The notes: a model not told the origin generated them from the sequence alone. A DNA stretch of 50,938 bases from a candidate division WOR-3 bacterium (GCA_965649115.1 CBFGJN010000005.1:1-50938), one strand, 5' to 3'; counted from the first letter of the stretch, positions 28,724-39,488 are shown. Program-made: numbers and translations.

Positions 28724-30079
28724 ATGGAACTTGAACTTAAAGAAAAGCTAAAAAGATTCATTGATATTTTAAGAGAGAACAACACAATTACTATTTCTAC
28801 TGTTTCCAAAGATGGAAAACTTTGGAGTACGAAAGCATATTATGGCGAAGAAGATGGCTATATATATGTAATACTTGAAAATAAAGGAAAAGCCTTTAAT
28901 AACATAAAGGAAAATCCAAATATATTTTTTGTAATTGAGAAAGGAGAACCAATTAAATTCATTCAAGGTGAAGGAGAAGTTGAAATAATTGGACATATTG
29001 ATAATTTTGAAAAAGAGAGAACAATTGTTGTAAGAAAAAACTTCCCAATCGTTCCATTCTTAAAAGTAGTAAAAGATTGTTCAGTAATAAGAATTAAACC
29101 AAAAAAAGTTTATGTTAGTGATTTTTCAAAAGGATTTATTCCAAGATTTGAAATTGAATTTGATGAAAAAACATTCAATCTATTAAAACAAATGTTTCCA
29201 AAACCATCAAAACTAAAAGCATATATTCAAGCAACAAGACCTTGGGTAATTGGAATAACAATATCAGCAGTAATAATTGGAACATTACTTTCTCCAAAAA
29301 TAGATATTCTTAAATTTATTTTAACATTAATTGGAGCAGTTTTAATTCATCTTGGTGTTAATGCTTGGAGTGATTACTTTGATTATAAAAAAGGTGCAGA
29401 TAGATGGGATACACTTGGCTCATCAAGAACAATTGTTGATGGATTATTAAAACCAAAGGAAGTTTTAATGGTTGGGACATTCTTAATTTTAATTTCAACA
29501 ATTATAGGAATTATCTTAGCATTAATGACAAGTTTTGATTTATTAAAAATTCTACTTATTGGGGCAGTTCTTGGATTATTCTATGCATTTGTCCCAATAG
29601 GATTTAAATATATAGCACTTGGAGATTTAGCTGTATTTTTAGCATGGTCATTCATATCACTTGGAAGTTATTATATTCAAACATTAGAATTTTCACCTGT
29701 TCCATTTTTAGCATTTATTCCAATATCTCTTCTCGTAGTTGGAATTCTACATGGAAATAATATGCGAGACATAGCTGATGATAAAAGAGCAGGTTATTTA
29801 ACATTTGCAGGTATTCTTGGTATTAAAGCTTCTCAATTTTATTATTCTCTACTAATTATTTCATCTTATGTTAGTCTTGTTTTATTAGTTGCTTTTAAAA
29901 TTTTACCAATTTGGACATTAATAGCACTATTAACAATTCCAAGTGCATTAAGAAATGTAGAATGGGCATTTAAACCAAACTATATTCAATTTGGAATGCT
30001 TGATTTTTATACTGCCCAACTTTCAAATAGTTTAAGTATATTTATTATTATCGGATTGTTAATGAACAGAATTTTATAA
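28724..30079 (+). CDS. menA: Pyridoxamine-oxidase-like split-barrel domain fused to MenA/UbiA prenyltransferase
   Basis: N-term TISTVSKDG..K..NIKENPNI; C-term ATRPW, SDYFDYKKGAD, NNMRDIADD, many TMs. Confidence 0.82.
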   Translation: MELELKEKLKRFIDILRENNTITISTVSKDGKLWSTKAYYGEEDGYIYVILENKGKAFNNIKENPNIFFVIEKGEPIKFIQGEGEVEIIGHIDNFEKERTIVVRKNFPIVPFLKVVKDCSVIRIKPKKVYVSDFSKGFIPRFEIEFDEKTFNLLKQMFPKPSKLKAYIQATRPWVIGITISAVIIGTLLSPKIDILKFILTLIGAVLIHLGVNAWSDYFDYKKGADRWDTLGSSRTIVDGLLKPKEVLMVGTFLILISTIIGIILALMTSFDLLKILLIGAVLGLFYAFVPIGFKYIALGDLAVFLAWSFISLGSYYIQTLEFSPVPFLAFIPISLLVVGILHGNNMRDIADDKRAGYLTFAGILGIKASQFYYSLLIISSYVSLVLLVAFKILPIWTLIALLTIPSALRNVEWAFKPNYIQFGMLDFYTAQLSNSLSIFIIIGLLMNRIL

Positions 30080-30116
30080 TTTCTTTTGCCTATTGGGAGC
30101 GAAGTATTTTAAAGCT

Positions 30117-30191
30117 GCTTTGTCCAGTAAATAATGTTAAGTAAAAAGCCCCCCATAGCCAAAATATGGGTATTTATAAGCCGAAGGCTTA
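30117..30191. repeat. Partial MITE-like copy between convergent genes
   Basis: GCTTTGTCCAGTAAATAATGTTAAGTAAAAAGCCCCCC.., same deletion variant as the 23321 copy. Confidence 0.7.
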
Positions 30192-30204
30192 ATTAGCCGA
30201 AAGC

Positions 30205-31044
30205 TTAATATAACCAATTAAAATCAAAGGAAAACCAATAAGTAGGATATTTTTTTATGGCTTTTTCAAGATTTTTTAGATAAAAATTTAACATTGCTTC
30301 AAGTGTAGGATTCTCATCATAATAAAAATCTTGAATTACACCTAAATAATAATTTTTTTGTTTTATAACATAAGCAAAAACAAGTGGAATTTTAAATTTT
30401 TCATTTAGCTTAAAGATACCTATTGGAATTTTTCTTTTTCTATTGAAAAACTCACAATACAAATAATTTCCGCCAACATATCTATCAGAAACAACACATA
30501 AAATTCCCTCATCATTTAAAAAATTAATAATTTCCCTAATCTGACTATTTAAAACCAATTTTGTCCCTTTACTCCCCCTTAAACTATTTAATGTATCAAG
30601 CCATCTTTTATCAATGTTTTCAACTATTGCCATATTTTTATATCCAAGACAACTAATAAAATTTAAAGCAATTTCCCAACTTCCAATATGTGCACTTAAA
30701 AGAATTAGTTTATTTTTAATTTTATAAGCTTTTTCTAAAATTTCAAAATTTTCAACTTTCAAACTTGATAAAATATCTTGACAATTTCTATATTTTGACT
30801 TCAAAAAATCTACAAAATTTAACATATAATTTTCAAATGTTTCATAAATCAGATGATTATTTGAATATCCAAGAACAATTTCTAAATTGTTCCTAACTGC
30901 CAATTTTCTTCTATTATCAATAAGAAACCAAATTTTAGCTGTTATTTTAAAAATTAAATATAAAACGAAATCTGGAATGAACTTTGAAAGAGATATTAAA
31001 ATTCTTAAAGCATATAACTTCAAATCATCAAAAAATTTGAACAT
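30205..31044 (-). CDS. Lipid A biosynthesis acyltransferase (LpxL-like/lysophospholipid acyltransferase)
   Basis: SAHIGSWE motif, VSDR, FFN, YPTYWF. Confidence 0.8.
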   Translation of the reverse strand: MFKFFDDLKLYALRILISLSKFIPDFVLYLIFKITAKIWFLIDNRRKLAVRNNLEIVLGYSNNHLIYETFENYMLNFVDFLKSKYRNCQDILSSLKVENFEILEKAYKIKNKLILLSAHIGSWEIALNFISCLGYKNMAIVENIDKRWLDTLNSLRGSKGTKLVLNSQIREIINFLNDEGILCVVSDRYVGGNYLYCEFFNRKRKIPIGIFKLNEKFKIPLVFAYVIKQKNYYLGVIQDFYYDENPTLEAMLNFYLKNLEKAIKKYPTYWFSFDFNWLY

Positions 31045-34000
31045 TACTTTACAACTACAAATTTTTTCTTAAATTTAAATTTTTCTTTTTCTCTTTCAAC
31101 TTCAAGAAGTGCTATATATAATCCACTTCCTATATTATTTACATCCCATCTCAAAACATTAAATCCAACATTTATGGTTAATTTTGGACTTAAATAAACC
31201 AAATCTCCATTTATAGAATATATTTTAAATTGAGCATTTGCTTGTGAATTTGAATAAAATGTTAGATATAATGGGCCAGATTTATAAGGATTTGGATATA
31301 TTAAGAAATCACTTATGTTAAGATTTTCATCTGAAAAATTAAGAATATAATCTCTTGAAGAGAAATTATTATAGGTATCAAATGCTCTCAGTGTAATTTT
31401 GTGCCAACCCTGATTATTTGAAAAATCTAAATCAAAGTCGGCACTACCAGTTGTTAAACTATTTGGCTCATAACTAAATCTATCAGTTAATTTTATAACC
31501 TCCCTATCATCTATATAAACTTCAACATCTCTATAACCAGGACTTAAATATATTCCATGTTCATCACTTGCCCAAAGAGTAAATTTAACTTTTGGCATGA
31601 ATTTAGAACTATCAGAAACTTCTTTTGAATAATAAAGCAATTTTAATGAAGGTCCAATAGTATCAACTTCTATTAATTCAGACTTAAATCCAATCATTAT
31701 TGAATCTTTAAATTTATTAGCATAATTATAAATACCTCTTACTTGAAGCTTCCTATTTGGGTCTAAATCTTTTGGAATATAAAGTTTTAATGAATCTGAA
31801 CTTACAAAAGCTCTATATAAAATTTTATGAGGTTCAAGGATATTGAATGTTTGAGGTGGAGAACAGGTATTATCTGTAACAGAATATTCAATTGGAATTA
31901 AACTAACACTTGCAGTATAATTTCTATTTTCTAAAAATGAACCTTTATAAATTCCTCCAACAAAAGCACTGTCAGGAAATTGTAAATTGTTATCAATAGC
32001 TGGATAACCTATCATAACACTTGGGTCTCCAAATAAAACATAATACCAATTATTTTTTCCCATTCTTGATATATAACCCATAGGAAATTTTTTGTTAGTT
32101 TTTAATGTTTGAAAAATATCTTGTGCATAAGCAACATTACCTCCAACAAATGAAAGAGCAGTTGAAGATAAAACACCAATAGCACCATTAGGGTTAGTTA
32201 TCATTGATTCTCCAAGTCCTTTTGGTCCAGCCAAATCACCATCAATCCTATCAAAAACATTAGTTTTACAACTTAAAATTAAAACATATGGAGGTTTATT
32301 ATATGCATTAAGCTTATCAATATCAGATAATGAAAACAATTGCTCACTTGCTATTTGGGATGGATTCCCATGAGAAAATATATTTATTAAAATATAACCA
32401 TTATTGAATTTATTTATAAAATCTTGATTAGCAAGCGGTTTTTTATCACCTTCAAGTGGATATTCATGCAAATAAACATGATTAACAACAACATTTTTAG
32501 GAATAAATAATTTTTGAATTACATTTGAAGGTATTAAATGCCAAGAACTTTCACAAGTTGAAGAACCATTAACAAAGTCATCAGCAACTAATAAAACTCT
32601 ATTTTTCCAATCAGAGAAAAATTTATTTGTCTCGTAATCTATAACTTTCTTTAAGTAATTTAAAACTTCTGATTTGTCTCTTGCAGGAAATCTTCCATAA
32701 TTAATATCAGCATATTTATCACCACTAAAATCAAAATAAAAATCATCAAACGAGCCTGCAAATGAAAAGTTTATATCAAAGCTCTCATCAAAGTCATAAT
32801 AAACAGGAAATATATTTCCACCTTTTTTAAGAATATCCTTATAATCATATGTTCCATCACCAATAATCAAACCATATAACAAATTTGGTGAATTTCTATA
32901 TAATGTCAATAAAAAATTTCTAATGGAAACGGGGTCTTTACTACCAAATCCAAATTGTTCAAAAATATCTTCAATAGCAACATATTTAACATTATGAAAG
33001 CTTAAAGAATCTATACAAAAATCAGTTCCACAAGCAATAGGAAAAAATCTGCTCCTATAACTAATATAATCACTTAAAACATTTTCCCAATCTCTTGGTC
33101 CAATAATTATATATTCAACGTTTGAAAGCTCGTATAAATTTTTAGTGATATTCATAATCTCAATTGAAATTGGTGTTTTGAATTCATTTGCTATAAAATA
33201 TATACTATTTGGATAAACATCATCTGAAAAATTTCCTAAAATTATTGGTTCATATGGATTAGTTATATTTAAAACCATTAATGCATTATTTGTTAATTTT
33301 GCAGAAGCATTCGTTTGAAAATAAACTGAACCATCACTTATTGTTTTTGTCCATCTAACCTCAAAATAATCTAAATAAACTTTCGGATTTGAGCAAGAAC
33401 CACTTATAATATTCAAAGTTAAATTATTATTTGCTTGTAAATAAGAAACATTATAAGATTTTGTTCTTCTGATAATTGAATTAGCTTGAAAATTATTATC
33501 AATTACTTGCCCATTCAAAATAACTTGTAAAACAGCATCACCACACTCATTAGGAGAAAGTGGTTCTGCACCTACTAGGGAAATTTCAATATAACCATTA
33601 TTTGATACAATTCCATCAAGTGAGAAATCATAACTGAAATTATTGTTGTAATTTATTTCCTCACCAAGCCATATTCTTCCTTTTTTACCTGTATTTACAA
33701 TATCACTATCGTGCCTAAGAATACCTGTTGAATAAATAATCTGATTATAAGATGAATTTTTCTCAATCATAAATTTAGGTTGGAAATTTGAGCCAATTGC
33801 TAAGATGTAATAATTATAATTATCATAAGGATTTCTATAAAATTTAATAGCGTTATTTATATTTCTAAATCCTTCTACACCTTCCCCAAAAAATAAAATG
33901 TAATCATTATTATTTAGAATTCCATCACCATTTTCATCATAAACATATATCGGAACTTGTTTAATTGAACTATCAGCATAAATAATTGGACTTCTTAATG

Positions 34001-34589
34001 TATCTATTTTAGCAAATAATGATAATTGATTTATTACTAATAAATTTTGAGGAATACCTAAATTTAATAAGTCATTAGCACCAACTTTATAAACTCCTCT
34101 ATCTTTAATTTTGATTTTTAGCCAAATTTGAGCATTTGAAAAGAAATTGATAGGATTTGAAAAAACCTTGTTTTTTATCCAACTTTTAGGAAATGGGAAA
34201 TTTATAAATTCTCTATGGTTTGGATTGTAATTTTGATTTGTTTGAATATCATTATAAAAAAAATTTATTTTAAATTTTATTTTGTTTCTAACATAAAGCT
34301 CATTATTGACTTTGTAATATGGATTTATTTTCAACTCAATATAATCAACATCAATAGATTTCTTTTTTTGAATTTCAAAAACTTTTTCATTAGCAACATT
34401 AAGAATATCGTTTGAATTTAATTTTGAAAATTCCAAAACTTCATAATTTATCTCAAAATAACCATCAGAAGGAATTGCAATTTTATAGATGTAAAGTGAA
34501 GGATTATAAGCTTTCGGAATTTCAAATAAGAATTCAAAAGTTTTACCATCATTTTTTAAAATTTCGTAAAATGTTAATAAAATTATCAT
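31044..34589 (-). CDS. C25-family (gingipain/PorU-like) cysteine peptidase with T9SS-type C-terminal domain
   Basis: LIIGDGTYDY, DDFY, YGRFPA, FSHGN and ILSCK dyad, YVLFGDPS, terminal IYPNP..IYSING..SGLYI..KFVVVK. Confidence 0.85.
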   Translation of the reverse strand: MIILLTFYEILKNDGKTFEFLFEIPKAYNPSLYIYKIAIPSDGYFEINYEVLEFSKLNSNDILNVANEKVFEIQKKKSIDVDYIELKINPYYKVNNELYVRNKIKFKINFFYNDIQTNQNYNPNHREFINFPFPKSWIKNKVFSNPINFFSNAQIWLKIKIKDRGVYKVGANDLLNLGIPQNLLVINQLSLFAKIDTLRSPIIYADSSIKQVPIYVYDENGDGILNNNDYILFFGEGVEGFRNINNAIKFYRNPYDNYNYYILAIGSNFQPKFMIEKNSSYNQIIYSTGILRHDSDIVNTGKKGRIWLGEEINYNNNFSYDFSLDGIVSNNGYIEISLVGAEPLSPNECGDAVLQVILNGQVIDNNFQANSIIRRTKSYNVSYLQANNNLTLNIISGSCSNPKVYLDYFEVRWTKTISDGSVYFQTNASAKLTNNALMVLNITNPYEPIILGNFSDDVYPNSIYFIANEFKTPISIEIMNITKNLYELSNVEYIIIGPRDWENVLSDYISYRSRFFPIACGTDFCIDSLSFHNVKYVAIEDIFEQFGFGSKDPVSIRNFLLTLYRNSPNLLYGLIIGDGTYDYKDILKKGGNIFPVYYDFDESFDINFSFAGSFDDFYFDFSGDKYADINYGRFPARDKSEVLNYLKKVIDYETNKFFSDWKNRVLLVADDFVNGSSTCESSWHLIPSNVIQKLFIPKNVVVNHVYLHEYPLEGDKKPLANQDFINKFNNGYILINIFSHGNPSQIASEQLFSLSDIDKLNAYNKPPYVLILSCKTNVFDRIDGDLAGPKGLGESMITNPNGAIGVLSSTALSFVGGNVAYAQDIFQTLKTNKKFPMGYISRMGKNNWYYVLFGDPSVMIGYPAIDNNLQFPDSAFVGGIYKGSFLENRNYTASVSLIPIEYSVTDNTCSPPQTFNILEPHKILYRAFVSSDSLKLYIPKDLDPNRKLQVRGIYNYANKFKDSIMIGFKSELIEVDTIGPSLKLLYYSKEVSDSSKFMPKVKFTLWASDEHGIYLSPGYRDVEVYIDDREVIKLTDRFSYEPNSLTTGSADFDLDFSNNQGWHKITLRAFDTYNNFSSRDYILNFSDENLNISDFLIYPNPYKSGPLYLTFYSNSQANAQFKIYSINGDLVYLSPKLTINVGFNVLRWDVNNIGSGLYIALLEVEREKEKFKFKKKFVVVK

Positions 34590-34595
34590 AAATAT

Positions 34596-34769
34596 CTAAA
34601 ACTTTTCCGCCTCTTCCTCTAACATTATTGGAATACCTTCTTTTATAGGATATTTCAATCTACATTTATGACATATAAGTTTATTTTCATCTTTATTATA
34701 TTCTAAATCACCTTTACAAACAGGGCAAGCTAAAATTTCAAGAAGTTCATCACTAATTTTGTTTTCCAT
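34596..34769 (-). CDS. Trm112-family small protein (not in ORF track)
   Basis: [42 protein letters not shown]; 57 aa. Confidence 0.92.
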   Translation of the reverse strand: MENKISDELLEILACPVCKGDLEYNKDENKLICHKCRLKYPIKEGIPIMLEEEAEKF

Positions 34770-34807
34770 AGTTTTAAAATTTTAAAGTTGAGTGTTCAAA
34801 TTGGTCT

Positions 34808-35010
34808 GTTTTGTCTAGTAATTCTGGAACTATTTATTTTATTATATTTCTCCCACCCACCCTATAATTAAGCCTTCGGCTTATAAATGCCCATTTTTAG
34901 GCTTTGGGGGGCAAAGCCCCCCATTAGACCCCCCATTAAATCTATAACTTCTTTAAAATTTTTATAAACTATTGATAATCAAGGACTTATCATTATTTAT
35001 TGGACAAAGC
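34808..35010. mobile_element. Full-length 203-bp MITE-like element with target duplication
   Basis: Flanked by (C)AAATTGGTCT (34797-34807) and (A)AAATTGGTCT (35011-35021). Confidence 0.88.
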
Positions 35011-35038
35011 AAAATTGGTCTGTTATAAAATTTACATT

Positions 35039-35479
35039 ATGCTTAAAATTCCCGAACATGGATATTGCTTTGTATGTGGAAATTCAAGCAAAAGAGGGCT
35101 AAATGCAACATTGTTTTTAATGGATGATAAAAGTGTTTGTTGTGAGTATGAATTTGATATAAACTTTCAAGGACCTCCTGGTTTTGTTCATGGGGCAGCA
35201 AGTTTTAGTTTGCTTGATGAGGTTATGGGAATATGTGCGTGGGCAAATGGTTATAATGTTTTGTTAAGACATATGGATATTGAGTATTTTAAAATGGTTC
35301 CTTTATATAAAAGAATTAAAGCAGTTGGTAGAATTGAAAAAGTTGAAGAAAACAAAAAAATTTTTGTAATAGGTGAAATAATTTATGAGAATGAAGTTTA
35401 TATTAGAGCAAGGGGACTTTATATTTTAGTTGAAAACGAACTACTTGGGAATGTTAAAAAGGTTTTCATAGATACGTAA
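35039..35479 (+). CDS. PaaI-family hotdog thioesterase
   Basis: CFVCG, FQGPPGFVHG..LLDEVMG; start moved to the ATG after TAAAAT. Confidence 0.88.
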   Translation: MLKIPEHGYCFVCGNSSKRGLNATLFLMDDKSVCCEYEFDINFQGPPGFVHGAASFSLLDEVMGICAWANGYNVLLRHMDIEYFKMVPLYKRIKAVGRIEKVEENKKIFVIGEIIYENEVYIRARGLYILVENELLGNVKKVFIDT

Positions 35480-38400
35480 AAGAACATTTTGGTAATTTTC
35501 AGTTCCTTCTTCAACATTATCCATAATTTTTTCAAGTTCTCTTGTAAATTCTTCTTTTATAAAAAATTCCTTTTCTTCAAGCGAATTTAAGAAATTATAA
35601 ACTAAAATGCCAAGTTTCGTTGGAATTAAAAATCCATTTTTCTCATAAACATAGTTTCTTTCAAGAAGTTTCTCAATGATTGTTGAATAAGTTGACGGCC
35701 TACCAATACCTCTTTCTTTCATCATAGCCACGATAGTTGAGTAAGTATGAGGATATTTTGATGGAATAAGTTTAAAAACTTTTTGATTTTCACTAATTTC
35801 ATATATTCCATCAGGTAAATGATAAGTTTTTATTGGAATTATTAGATTAAAACCATTTTCAATAATTTCACTATTTAACTCTAATTCCTTCTCATAACCT
35901 ATTGCTTTAATTCTATACTTAGTGATTTTAACTTTTACACTTTTCATTTGACTTGCTATAAATCTCTTGAAAATTAAATCATATAATTTAACATGTTCAA
36001 AGCTTAAATTTGTAATCTCACCTATGGATATTAGTGATTTTAAATCATCTACACTTAAATTTCTTGTAGGTCTTATACATTCATGAGCACCACCCTCTCC
36101 CCATACTCTTGCTGAAAATAAATTTTGGTCTTTATAGTTTTCAATTATGAATTCTTTTGCTAAATTTATTCCTACATCTGAAACCCTTATTGAATCAGTT
36201 CTATGATAGGTTATTAAACCAAATTCAAATAAATCTTGTGCTAATGACATTGTTTTTTGAGGTGAAAATTTAAATTTTTCTCCCGCTTCTTTTAATAAAG
36301 TATCTGTTCTAAAAGGTGGTAAAGGATTTATTTCTTTTATTTCTTCACTAATTTTTTCAATTTTAACATTTTCTAATAGTTTAAAAAATTCTTCTGCTAA
36401 TTTTTTGCTTTCAAATTCAAAGTCAATTTTTAAATTGTTTAAATAAATACTAACAATTGGAATTTTCTTTTTGCTCTCATTAAATCTTTCAATAATCCAA
36501 CCTAAAACAGGTGTTTGAACTCTACCCGCAGATAATTTATTATTTTTAAATTTCTTTTGGACTAATTGTGAAAGTTCAAATCCTACCCATCTATCTGCAA
36601 TCCTACGAACAATTTGTGCTTTTGTTAAGTTCTCATTTATACCTCTTGGTTCATTTAATGCTTTCATAATTGCTCTTTTTGTAATTTCATGAAATTCCAT
36701 TCTATTTATATTTTTATTTGAAAAATTAAGCAAATTATATAAATCCCAAGCAATTTTTTCACCTTCCGTGTCAGGGTCAGTAGCTATAAAGATATTATCA
36801 TATTCTAAGCTTACAAGTCTTAAGCTTTTTATTAAATTTTCTTTCCCCTCAATAGGTTCATATATTGGAATAAATTGAGAATTTTTAATAACACCATGAA
36901 TTCCTTCATCCTTTACTAAATCCAAAATATGACCAAAGCTTGCTGTAATTGAAATATAATATTCACCAATTGGAATTTCATAAATTTCACAATTTAAAAC
37001 TTTTCTTCTAACTGGCTTTCCAAAAAAGTTTGCAATCGTTCTTGCCTTATTAGGACTTTCAACAATTATAAAAATTGGTTTTAAAACATCTTTAATCTCA
37101 CCAAATCCCTTCTTCTCAATAATATCTTTAATAATTTTTCTATCCTTGTCAATTTCCTCAAAAACTTTATTATAATCTACTTCTTCCTCATTTAAGAAAT
37201 TAATATCATTAACGAACCATCTTGCCTTTCTAAAAAGATTATTTAATGCTTTTTGGTCATCTACTAAAATTAATGATAAACCTTTACTTATTCCACCTGC
37301 ATATAATCTTGAAGTTCTTCCACTTGCTTGTAAATATCCAACAATATCAGCAACAATAAGATTATTTCCATCAAATGAAATTTCATCACTTTCTTTTATA
37401 ATTCTTTGAACTTCTTCACTTAATAAGAATTCAAGTATTTCCTTTTTTAAGTTTTCATCTTCATTTTTCGTTTTCTTCAATTTTTTAAGCCATTTATCAA
37501 TTCTTTTATCTTCAACTTTGGTTCTAATGCTTGCTAATGCCCAAATTAAATGATTTTGATTTTCTGTTATATCAAGTTTAACAATAATTTTAGGAACTCC
37601 ATAAAATATCGCATATCTTATAGCAGATGGAATATCTATTCCTCTTGCAAGTGGATTTCTATATGAACTAATTCCAACGAGAACTTCAATTTTTCCATTT
37701 TCAAATTGTTTTAATAATTTTTCATCTAAGTTTTCATAGCTTTCCGCTTTAATCCCATTTCTTTTTAAAAGTTCAACAATTCTATTAACCTCCTCTTTAC
37801 CTTTATCAGAACTTACAAAAATTAATCCACCTTTTTTAAATGTTTTTACATAATTAATTAGTTCATTATCTGAATGTTTATTTGTCCATACATCTACAAC
37901 ATTTCTTAAATAAAATGTAGGTTTTCCAATTTCAAAATCTAATAATTCTCTAAATAATTTAACTCTTTGACTTTTTGGACTTGCTGTTGCTGATGAAACA
38001 ACGAGAACACTATCTATTGATTTTTTCTTATCTTGAATTAATTGATTTATCTCTTCAATTTTCTTAAAATCTTCATCAGTTTTATTTTTCTTTGATTTTA
38101 ATTTAATAAGTTCAAATGTTTTATTTATTGTTTCTTCATCAAAGCCCATCAAGTAAAGAATTTTATCTATATTTTTGGCAGTTTTTAAAAATGCATCAAC
38201 ATCATCTACAAAGAAGAATTTTATATCTTTTGGAATGATATTAAAATTTTTATATAAAAACATAGAAGTTGTGATAAGGATTTTGAAATTACCATTTTTT
38301 ATTTTTTCTTTAATTTCTTCATCACTTTCAATTACTGCTAAGGTTTCTTTTTTATAGCCCCAATTTTTAATTTTTTGTGATACTTGTCTTACAAGTAATT

Positions 38401-38653
38401 TTGTTGGAAGGATAATATAACTTTTTTCTTTTATGAATGTTGATATTGAAAGTCCAAATGTAGTTTTTCCAATGCCTGTTGGAGCAATAATTGTAAATGA
38501 ACGATTTAAAAAAATTCTTCTTGCCCACATTTCTTGAAGACTCCAAGGATTAAAGCCAATTAAATTTTTAAAATGTTCCTTCCATTCTCTTAAATTTTCA
38601 AACAAATTTTCATATTTTATTTCTTCTATATTTTTAAACTTTGCTAAAATCAT
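35441..38653 (-). CDS. rgy: Reverse gyrase
   Basis: APTGIGKTTF, DDVD, YLQASGRTSRL, VESPNKA, TDPDTEGE, SAGRVQTP, ITYHRTDS, GIGRPSTY. Confidence 0.97.
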   Translation of the reverse strand: MILAKFKNIEEIKYENLFENLREWKEHFKNLIGFNPWSLQEMWARRIFLNRSFTIIAPTGIGKTTFGLSISTFIKEKSYIILPTKLLVRQVSQKIKNWGYKKETLAVIESDEEIKEKIKNGNFKILITTSMFLYKNFNIIPKDIKFFFVDDVDAFLKTAKNIDKILYLMGFDEETINKTFELIKLKSKKNKTDEDFKKIEEINQLIQDKKKSIDSVLVVSSATASPKSQRVKLFRELLDFEIGKPTFYLRNVVDVWTNKHSDNELINYVKTFKKGGLIFVSSDKGKEEVNRIVELLKRNGIKAESYENLDEKLLKQFENGKIEVLVGISSYRNPLARGIDIPSAIRYAIFYGVPKIIVKLDITENQNHLIWALASIRTKVEDKRIDKWLKKLKKTKNEDENLKKEILEFLLSEEVQRIIKESDEISFDGNNLIVADIVGYLQASGRTSRLYAGGISKGLSLILVDDQKALNNLFRKARWFVNDINFLNEEEVDYNKVFEEIDKDRKIIKDIIEKKGFGEIKDVLKPIFIIVESPNKARTIANFFGKPVRRKVLNCEIYEIPIGEYYISITASFGHILDLVKDEGIHGVIKNSQFIPIYEPIEGKENLIKSLRLVSLEYDNIFIATDPDTEGEKIAWDLYNLLNFSNKNINRMEFHEITKRAIMKALNEPRGINENLTKAQIVRRIADRWVGFELSQLVQKKFKNNKLSAGRVQTPVLGWIIERFNESKKKIPIVSIYLNNLKIDFEFESKKLAEEFFKLLENVKIEKISEEIKEINPLPPFRTDTLLKEAGEKFKFSPQKTMSLAQDLFEFGLITYHRTDSIRVSDVGINLAKEFIIENYKDQNLFSARVWGEGGAHECIRPTRNLSVDDLKSLISIGEITNLSFEHVKLYDLIFKRFIASQMKSVKVKITKYRIKAIGYEKELELNSEIIENGFNLIIPIKTYHLPDGIYEISENQKVFKLIPSKYPHTYSTIVAMMKERGIGRPSTYSTIIEKLLERNYVYEKNGFLIPTKLGILVYNFLNSLEEKEFFIKEEFTRELEKIMDNVEEGTENYQNVLLRIYENLFNIPK

Positions 38654-39159
38654 AATGCTTTTAAGAAGATATTATAAGTTTCTTCATCATATAGACAAAC
38701 TCTTATTTTTTCTATAGTTGTTTTCCCATCAAATTCATTTATGAAGTCCTTTATTGCTTTTAAAATAATTGAACTTGCTCTTTCTTTTGGAAAACCAAAT
38801 ATCCCTGTGCTTATTGCAGGAATACTAATACTTTTTAGTTTTTTTTCATGAGCTAATAATAATGAACTTCTTACAGCACTATATAAAATTTCATCTTCAT
38901 TATATTTTCCACCTTTCCAAATAGGTCCGACCGCGTGAATAACGAACTTTGCTTTTAAATTTCCACCACTTGTTATCACCGCTTTACCAGGAGGACAATA
39001 ACCTATTTTATTTGATTCTTCCTGAATAATTTGACCACCTTTTTTTACAATAGCAAGTGCTAGTCCTCCTCCATGAATTAGATTTTCATTAGCAGCATTT
39101 ACAATAGCATCAACTTCTTCTTCTGTAATATCACCTTTTACAATTTCAAGTTTAATCAT
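38650..39159 (-). CDS. Macro domain protein (O-acetyl-ADP-ribose deacetylase-like)
   Basis: GDIT..DAIVNAAN..GGG, IHAVGP, PAISTGIFGFP. Confidence 0.93.
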   Translation of the reverse strand: MIKLEIVKGDITEEEVDAIVNAANENLIHGGGLALAIVKKGGQIIQEESNKIGYCPPGKAVITSGGNLKAKFVIHAVGPIWKGGKYNEDEILYSAVRSSLLLAHEKKLKSISIPAISTGIFGFPKERASSIILKAIKDFINEFDGKTTIEKIRVCLYDEETYNIFLKAL

Positions 39160-39185
39160 TTTGAAAAGTTTAAAGGAAATTAGCA

Positions 39186-39270
39186 AAAGGCTTATTTTCA
39201 GGGTGGGTAAACCGAAAAATGGGCATTTTAAAGCCGAAGGCTTGAATACAGGGTGGGTGGGAAAAATAAG
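39186..39270. repeat. Fragments of the MITE-like family
   Basis: AAGCCGAAGGCTT and CAGGGTGGGTGGGAAAAATA blocks. Confidence 0.7.
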
Positions 39271-39302
39271 GTAAATTAATTGAACTTTAAAATTTCATAT
39301 TT

Positions 39303-39488
39303 ATGGAATGGATACAAGCTTTAACAATTATAGCAAGTCTTTTTGTATTTATTGGCATTGTTGCTAATTTATTGAATAAACGCATAGATGACATTAACAG
39401 AAGACTTGATAAATTAGAAGAGGATATTAGAGAAATAAGACAAATTCTTTATAAAATTTTTGAAACTCCTAAAAAGGAAGGTAATTAA
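39303..39488 (+). CDS. Small protein with N-terminal TM and coiled coil
   Basis: 61 aa; TM followed by LNKRIDDINRRLDKLEEDIREI heptads; own TAAAAT box. Confidence 0.7.
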   Translation: MEWIQALTIIASLFVFIGIVANLLNKRIDDINRRLDKLEEDIREIRQILYKIFETPKKEGN

